A stretch of DNA of 32,000 bases from Acaryochloris thomasi RCC1774 (GTDB lineage Bacteria; Cyanobacteriota; Cyanobacteriia; Thermosynechococcales; Thermosynechococcaceae), in the NCBI RefSeq assembly GCF_003231495.1, contig NZ_PQWO01000003.1, forward strand, positions 399,294-431,293, read 5' to 3'. Of this stretch, positions 27,958-32,000 are shown in pieces. Position numbers and translations under genes: made by a program. Below the pieces are notes generated by a model. That model was given only the letters and a program-made list of their open reading frames with translations. It was not told the origin of the DNA and searched no databases. Each line of letters begins with the position of its first letter. Position 1 is the stretch's first letter.

Positions 27958-28248
27958 ATGACTGAGGTTCACTTTATTACCTCCATCAAGCGTCGTCTGA
28001 AATCTCTAGCTAAGCGCTATCGCCAGAGCCAGAGAGATATTCAGCCCATTCTTGAAAACCTGCAAACAGGAAATTTCGTAGGAGACAAAATCCCCGGCAT
28101 ATCTATGACTGCCTTCAAGGTTAGAGCCAAAAATAGCGCCGTCTCTGTGGGTAAGAGCGGTGGCTACTGACTCATCGATCAAGTCCATTCACCTGATTTC
28201 GCTTCCTTATTGCTCATTTATGCCAAATCAGACCAAGCTGATAAGTAG
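27958..28248 (+). pseudogene. RelE/ParE-family toxin gene with an in-frame TGA
   Basis: MTEVHFITSIKRRLKSLAKRYRQSQRDIQPILENLQTGNFVGDKIPGISMTAFKVRAKNSAVSVGKSGGY is followed by the TGA at 28168-28170. The same frame then continues LIDQVHSPDFASLLLIYAKSDQADK. The family normally reads GKSGGYR(L/V)IY...(L)LxIYxKSxQxD, so the TGA sits where an Arg codon (CGA) is expected. Confidence 0.7.
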
Positions 28249-28299
28249 ATAGACTTAATTGACTTGAAGATTCCTGATTAAATTCAATATCGTTGCATT

Positions 28300-28355
28300 G
28301 GCCCTCACCCCCAGCCCCTCGCCCAACATTGGGCAAGGGGCTGGGGGTGAGGGCC
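28300..28355. repeat. GC-rich near-perfect 56-bp palindrome (MITE/hairpin-like element)
   Basis: GGCCCTCACCCCCAGCCCCTCGCCCAA-CA-TTGGGCAAGGGGCTGGGGGTGAGGGCC has 27-nt arms with a single mismatch (28320/28335). It is intergenic. Confidence 0.85.
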
Positions 28356-28435
28356 ATGTAGAGCATTTGCTAATATTTGATCTTTAACTTGATTCTGCCT
28401 CGCTACTTATCAGTCTCAAAGAGTTAGAAACATTA

Positions 28436-28471
28436 ATGCGAGAGGCGTAGGCCATGCTATCCCTCTCGCAT
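28436..28471. repeat. 10-bp perfect inverted repeat with a 16-nt loop
   Basis: ATGCGAGAGG (28436-28445) pairs with CCTCTCGCAT (28462-28471). It lies inside the decayed MNT copy. Confidence 0.7.
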
Positions 28472-28491
28472 CGGAGAAAGCAGATCTTGTT

Positions 28492-28563
28492 TAAGTGGTA
28501 CTCGGTTCTGTGTTGGGTCATGAAGATTTTGAGAAGATCTTAGATGCGATCGCGTTGCAGGAC
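28492..28563 (-). pseudogene. Decayed MNT nucleotidyltransferase 5' segment (second remnant)
   Basis: The minus strand reads VLQRDRI*DLLKIFMTQHRTEYHLNK, against the intact LQRDLLQERLKTFMTQHGTEYHLHK. An in-frame TAA corresponds to plus-strand TTA at 28540-28542, and there is no start codon. Weaker similarity (KICFL.. / ..AYASR) may extend down to about 28400. Confidence 0.55.
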
Positions 28564-28614
28564 CGAGGGGCGATGAGTAGCAAGAGATCTGCACATTTTT
28601 TAGAGCCTAGCAGG

Positions 28615-28990
28615 TCAAGTTGAAGTGTTTTCCAGATCGTTGATCATTTGCTGTAATGTTCCGATCAGCACGGGAATATTATCTCGGCAGACGTTGTAGA
28701 GCTGCTGTGGATCTGTTTGAAAGTATCCATGCGCTAGGACATCACGAAGTCCGATTGCACCACGCCATTCCACTTGAGGGTATTGGGCAAATAGCTGACC
28801 TTCAATGATCAGGTCAATTTTCTTGGACTCTTCACCTGCTGCAATCCGAACCATGCAGATGCTGTCCATGCGGTCTACACCGGCGTCGCTATTGATGAAA
28901 TCTGACTTTAGCAAACCGTCGGGGAATCCGCTCTAATATTGATAGAACCCGTTCTAATCGCTCTCGCAGTAGAGTTTTGCGATCAGACAT
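28615..28990 (-). pseudogene. HEPN-domain (DUF86/HepT-type) toxin gene, apparently frameshifted near its 5' end
   Basis: The ATG at 28990 overlaps the MNT stop by 8 nt. It gives MSDRKTLLRERLERVLSILERIPRRFAKVRFHQ*, with the stop at 28892-28894. A second frame, open from about 28932, gives (SGFPDG)LLKSDFINSDAGVDRMDSICMVRIAAGEE...GLRDVLAHGYF, which carries the Rx4H HEPN motif, and runs to 28615. Joined, the two frames give a normal ~125-aa DUF86 protein. Confidence 0.7.
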
Positions 28991-29288
28991 AGATGGCTTC
29001 TCGTTCAATTCGAGCTTTGAATTGAGGATGTAGATGTGGGTGTAGACGCACGATATCAACTGGACGGTCTAACAGGGCTTCTAGCTCTTGTTTGAGTACG
29101 GCTGTTGTGAATAGGTTTGGCTGATTGGTGGCAAATACAATATCTACGTCACTATCGGGGGTGGCTTGGTTGCGGGCGTAGGAGCCAAAGAAGCCGAGCT
29201 TGTGTAGGTGGTACTCGGTTCCGTGTTGGGTCATGAAGGTTTTGAGGCGTTCTTGGAGGAGATCGCGTTGTAGTACAGCTTTGTTCAT
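28983..29288 (-). CDS. MNT-type nucleotidyltransferase (MntA-like antitoxin of the HEPN/MNT module)
   Basis: From the ATG at 29288 it reads MNKAVLQRDLLQERLKTFMTQHGTEYHLHKLGFFGSYARNQATPDSDVDIVF, which fits the GSxxR..x..DxD NTase motif. It is 101 aa. The upstream 24 codons in the track ORF are rejected. Confidence 0.85.
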   Translation of the reverse strand: MNKAVLQRDLLQERLKTFMTQHGTEYHLHKLGFFGSYARNQATPDSDVDIVFATNQPNLFTTAVLKQELEALLDRPVDIVRLHPHLHPQFKARIEREAIYV

Positions 29289-29346
29289 ATCATTATTTCT
29301 TGTAAGCTTATTTCTCGAAGGGCCATTCAATGACTGAAAGCAAGCG

Positions 29347-29532
29347 TTACGGGACAGCATAGTCAGAATGTTCGCGCATTGCAGGATGATGGAAACCCAC
29401 TACAATCTCTTTCCTAGAAATGCCCATCTCTTCTAGTTCTTTATCAACTTCAACATCGGTATTTTTTGCTTGGATCCAAATTTTTTCATCTTTGATATCA
29501 AGCGGAAATAGCCTAGCTATGAATAGAAACAC
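29347..29532 (-). pseudogene. C-terminal remnant of a XisI-family (fdxN-element excision factor) gene
   Basis: LDIKDEKIWIQAKNTDVEVDKELEEMGISRKEIVVGFHHPAMREHSDYAVP matches the C-terminal half of ~110-aa XisI proteins (..HLDIKDGKIWIQ.D.TE..I...L...GIPK..IVL.F..P..R....FA). The N-terminal half is missing. The ORF begins with GTG 9 nt after the upstream gene's stop. Confidence 0.6.
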
Positions 29533-29541
29533 TATGCAAAA

Positions 29542-30240
29542 TCATCGGTTCTGTATAGCAATTCTGTTAGATAAAAGAAAATCTTTTATCTCGAACAAGG
29601 CAATAACAGTGTTTCTGATATTGACCCTAAACTTGCCTTGATTAATCTCACTCAAAAAATCAAATAGGTGCATATAATATTCAAGATAAATTTCTTCATT
29701 GAGTAATTTAATACAAAAATTAGAAAATGATATAGGCTCCTGGCTTCCTTCTTCAGCTAACTGCTCTCCTATACCGTTCAAGTAATTAAGCCATAGACTA
29801 GTTCGATTTGATACGCTGTCCTTGAAATTTTCAATTTTTGTTTGAAAGTTAGCAGTTAATGATTTTCTGCCGAAATTCAGATAAACTACATCTCTTTCAT
29901 ATGAAATAATCCAAAATGAAGCTACAGCGAGCATATATGCAGAAGAAGAAATATAATTTCCATGCTTAGTTGTGTACCAGCTTAGTGACTGAGCATCTCT
30001 AGGAGAAGCTGCAAGAGAAGTCCTCGGGCTATCCATCTTTTGTTCAATCTCTGACAAGCGGTGTTGTAAAGTTTGGCATGCATACCATAGTGGCTTACCA
30101 TATCTGAACAATTGTTTCCGGGCTTCTGATTGCTCATTCAACCTAGGTCCAATCCAATAGTTCTCAACAAGCTTTATGCTTGTTGATGCAATTCCACCTC
30201 CAATTACTCCATAAAGAAGATTAGATATTTGTTCACTCAT
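29542..30240 (-). CDS. Hypothetical 232-aa protein with no recognisable domain, downstream partner of the Ser/Thr kinase
   Basis: The clean ORF is AT-rich like the kinase gene and starts 35 bp downstream of it on the same strand. It has an N-terminal hydrophobic G-rich helix (LLYGVIGGGIASTSIKLV) and a second hydrophobic stretch (SSSAYMLAVASFWIISY). The rest is predicted helical by eye. Confidence 0.6.
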   Translation of the reverse strand: MSEQISNLLYGVIGGGIASTSIKLVENYWIGPRLNEQSEARKQLFRYGKPLWYACQTLQHRLSEIEQKMDSPRTSLAASPRDAQSLSWYTTKHGNYISSSAYMLAVASFWIISYERDVVYLNFGRKSLTANFQTKIENFKDSVSNRTSLWLNYLNGIGEQLAEEGSQEPISFSNFCIKLLNEEIYLEYYMHLFDFLSEINQGKFRVNIRNTVIALFEIKDFLLSNRIAIQNR

Positions 30241-30275
30241 TGTTTTTAAGATCTGTCTAAATCAATATTTTTTCA

Positions 30276-31847
30276 CTATGAGCATGCTTCAGATTTCGAA
30301 TCAATTGTGAAAGAATCATCAGGGATCCACCCTTGACGCCCTCCAGATTCAATTTTTAGCCATCTGCGTTCACTTATAGGCGTTTTTCTCAAAGTAGTAC
30401 TGATAACATAGTAATCATTTGGTTTGACAATGATAATTTCTTGGCTAAAGGGATCAGGCTCACTATGCAAAGATACAAGTCCACTCGTAATTGTGATTAT
30501 GCAATAATTTCTTCCTTCAGCTTCCCGTTTCTCTTTTTCCTGTTCTATACGTCTTTGTTCAGCAGCTCTTTCTTGTTCTATACGTCTTTGTTCAGCAGCA
30601 GCCTTTTCCTGTTCTATGCGTCTTTGTTCAGCAGTCCTCTCAGAAACGCCATTTTCTTGGTTTACCAGATTGCCTCTACCGACTACTTCAGCTTGAGGTT
30701 TATTTTCTGAAGTTGTAGGTTCAGGGGTACCAGACTGATTTAGTCCTACCTCTTGTTCTGGCAAATCTTTTGGGGGATCTGAATTAGGAGCAAGATCTCC
30801 ATTACCAGGTAGAGGAGGAGGCAGAAAAAATTCTTGAAACTTTAGTCTCAAGGATGGAGAACTAACCACTAGTATTGACCCTAATGTTATTAATACTCCA
30901 AATCCTAAGAATACCCCCCTAAAAAAGGGTGAAGATCTCAATCGTCTCTTAGATGTAGTTCCTTGAATTACAGTATTACTGCCATTTGCCGATCCATTTG
31001 CATCCAATGATGAAATAGAAGTAGTCTTGGATTGTAAAGCATTTTTCATTTTTTGCGCAGAAGCAAATCTTTGGGGAGGGTGGTTCTTAATTGCTTTATC
31101 AAGTATCGATGTAAGCCAAGGAGATAGTTTTGGGCAATGAGCTTGCCATAAAATGTCACCCGTACTTGAATCAGTAGGAAAATCATGAGGGAGCTTTCCA
31201 CTAAGTAAATAGATAGCAGTAAGCCCTAAACTATAGAGGTCACTGGAGGGAATAGGCCTACCAATAGCTTGTTCTGGAGGTAAAAAACCTGGAGTACCTA
31301 TTCGAACTGAGCTATTTATACTACCGTGTGTATTTAAGTGAATACCCATGATTTCTTTTACAGCTCCAAAGTCAATCAGTATGGGCTTGTTATCATTTTC
31401 TCGTATTATAATGTTATCTGGCTTAATGTCTCTATGAATAATACCTTCAGAATGAATATAATCCACAATATTGAGTATATTAATTGTTAGATTTCGAATA
31501 TATTTCTCCTTCATTAACCCCTCTGATTGCAGTTTTTGTGTTAGCGTTTTTCCTTCAACCCACTCTTGAACGAGATAGAACATTCCTCGCTCTGAGAAGA
31601 AAGCATATAAAGTAGGAATCTGACTATGTTTTTGGCCTAAGTTCTCCAAGACAGAAGCTTCCCTTTTGAATCTTTCTTGTACAAGATTTTGTGCTGTTTT
31701 GCTACCCGATATGGGTTGTAATTCCTTGATTACACAGTATGATTTAGAAGGCAGGTGAGTATCTTCTGTCAAATATGTTTTGCCGAAGCCACCCTGACCT
31801 AAGACTCTTAGGAGCCTATATCGGTTATTTAAAACTTTTAGAGACAT
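30276..31847 (-). CDS. Membrane-anchored Ser/Thr protein kinase with a repeat-containing linker and a C-terminal SH3b-like domain
   Basis: Kinase motifs present: G-loop GQGGFGKTY, VIKEL (Lys), HRDIKPDN, DFG, GTPGFLPPEQ and DLYSLGLT. The TM helix is FFRGVFLGFGVLITLGSILVV. A Pro-rich segment is followed by 3x AEQRRIEQE(K/R)AA. The C-terminus reads ..RRWLKIESGGRQGWIPDDSF and is SH3b-like. Confidence 0.9.
   Translation of the reverse strand: MSLKVLNNRYRLLRVLGQGGFGKTYLTEDTHLPSKSYCVIKELQPISGSKTAQNLVQERFKREASVLENLGQKHSQIPTLYAFFSERGMFYLVQEWVEGKTLTQKLQSEGLMKEKYIRNLTINILNIVDYIHSEGIIHRDIKPDNIIIRENDNKPILIDFGAVKEIMGIHLNTHGSINSSVRIGTPGFLPPEQAIGRPIPSSDLYSLGLTAIYLLSGKLPHDFPTDSSTGDILWQAHCPKLSPWLTSILDKAIKNHPPQRFASAQKMKNALQSKTTSISSLDANGSANGSNTVIQGTTSKRRLRSSPFFRGVFLGFGVLITLGSILVVSSPSLRLKFQEFFLPPPLPGNGDLAPNSDPPKDLPEQEVGLNQSGTPEPTTSENKPQAEVVGRGNLVNQENGVSERTAEQRRIEQEKAAAEQRRIEQERAAEQRRIEQEKEKREAEGRNYCIITITSGLVSLHSEPDPFSQEIIIVKPNDYYVISTTLRKTPISERRWLKIESGGRQGWIPDDSFTIDSKSEACS
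30535..30637. repeat. Three tandem copies of a 33/36-bp coding repeat inside the kinase gene
   Basis: TGTTCTAT(A/G)CGTCTTTGTTCAGCAG starts at 30541, 30574 and 30610. It encodes the (A)EQRRIEQE(K/R)AA repeats on the minus strand. Confidence 0.85.
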
Positions 31848-31848
31848 A

Positions 31849-32000
31849 GGTAACTCCGCAGAATATGATCAAAATATGGTAGTCCTAAATAGGTAAGGAT
31901 TGATTGTAATGGTGAATAAAGTACCAAATAGCACCGATATGATTCTCTAGCTTTTTGGAGAATGACAGTGTCTTGCGCACCAATCTTGAGACGCGTTGGC
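31849..32000 (-). mobile_element. End of an IS1-family insertion sequence; the element continues beyond the window
   Basis: It contains the transposase 3' end listed as a separate feature. The terminal sequence GGTAACTCCGCAGAATATGATC at 31849 resembles the E. coli IS1 terminus GGTAATGACTCCAACTTATTGAT, recalled from memory. Confidence 0.65.
31885..32000 (-). CDS. IS1-family transposase, C-terminal 37 codons (partial)
   Basis: Manual minus-strand translation gives QRVSRLVRKTLSFSKKLENHIGAIWYFIHHYNQSLPI*. Compare the IS1 InsB C-terminus ..[30 protein letters not shown]. Confidence 0.7.
   Translation of the reverse strand, partial: QRVSRLVRKTLSFSKKLENHIGAIWYFIHHYNQSLPI

Noticed and set aside
28168-28170. 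In-frame TGA in the RelE/ParE-like gene as possible selenocysteine or programmed read-through
   Set aside because: No SECIS-like hairpin follows it. The family has Arg, not Cys/Sec, at this position. The partner gene and the toxin tail also carry TAG stops. Simple decay is more parsimonious.
30535-30637. Regularly spaced ~33-36-bp repeats, considered as a mini CRISPR array
   Set aside because: The units are directly adjacent with no spacers and lie in frame inside the kinase ORF, where they encode a peptide repeat. No cas genes are present.

Overview
This is a cyanobacterial chromosome segment. Supporting evidence: 15 exact copies of the HIP1 octamer GCGATCGC counted by eye, a Tic20-family gene, a fused panC/cmk gene, a Ctp protease and a GldA/F/G-type ABC cluster.

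Positions 1 to about 23,600 are ordinary, densely packed housekeeping DNA. The genes are glyA (partial), a Tic20-like protein, rpsF, a uxs-ugd pair for UDP-xylose synthesis, a 767-aa repeat-rich membrane protein, a GNAT-like protein, a Cas4/RecB-like PD-(D/E)XK nuclease, an ABC ATPase/ABC-2 permease/GldG-like/DUF4340 cluster, purU, a stand-alone DALR-domain protein, panC/cmk, an S41 protease, a secreted glycoside-hydrolase-like protein and a hexose-6-phosphate mutarotase.

From about 23,600 to the window end the character changes to accessory DNA. It holds ltrA, an orphan 3' fragment of an SDR gene, and an NTF2-like lipoprotein gene next to an intact SDR with a divergent LysR regulator. It also holds a RelE/ParE-type toxin-antitoxin pair with in-frame stops in both genes, a 56-bp GC-rich palindrome, and one intact plus two decayed copies of an MNT nucleotidyltransferase 5' end. 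The intact MNT gene overlaps a frameshifted HEPN gene, and a XisI C-terminal remnant follows.

The last block (about 29.3-31.85 kb) is AT-rich and HIP1-free. It encodes a membrane-anchored Ser/Thr kinase with a repeat region and an SH3b-like tail, plus an unrecognisable 232-aa protein. An IS1-family element ends 1 nt from the kinase start codon.

The kinase/232-aa cassette is my best candidate for an undescribed system, but that is inference from context and composition, not demonstrated function. No rRNA, tRNA or CRISPR array was found.
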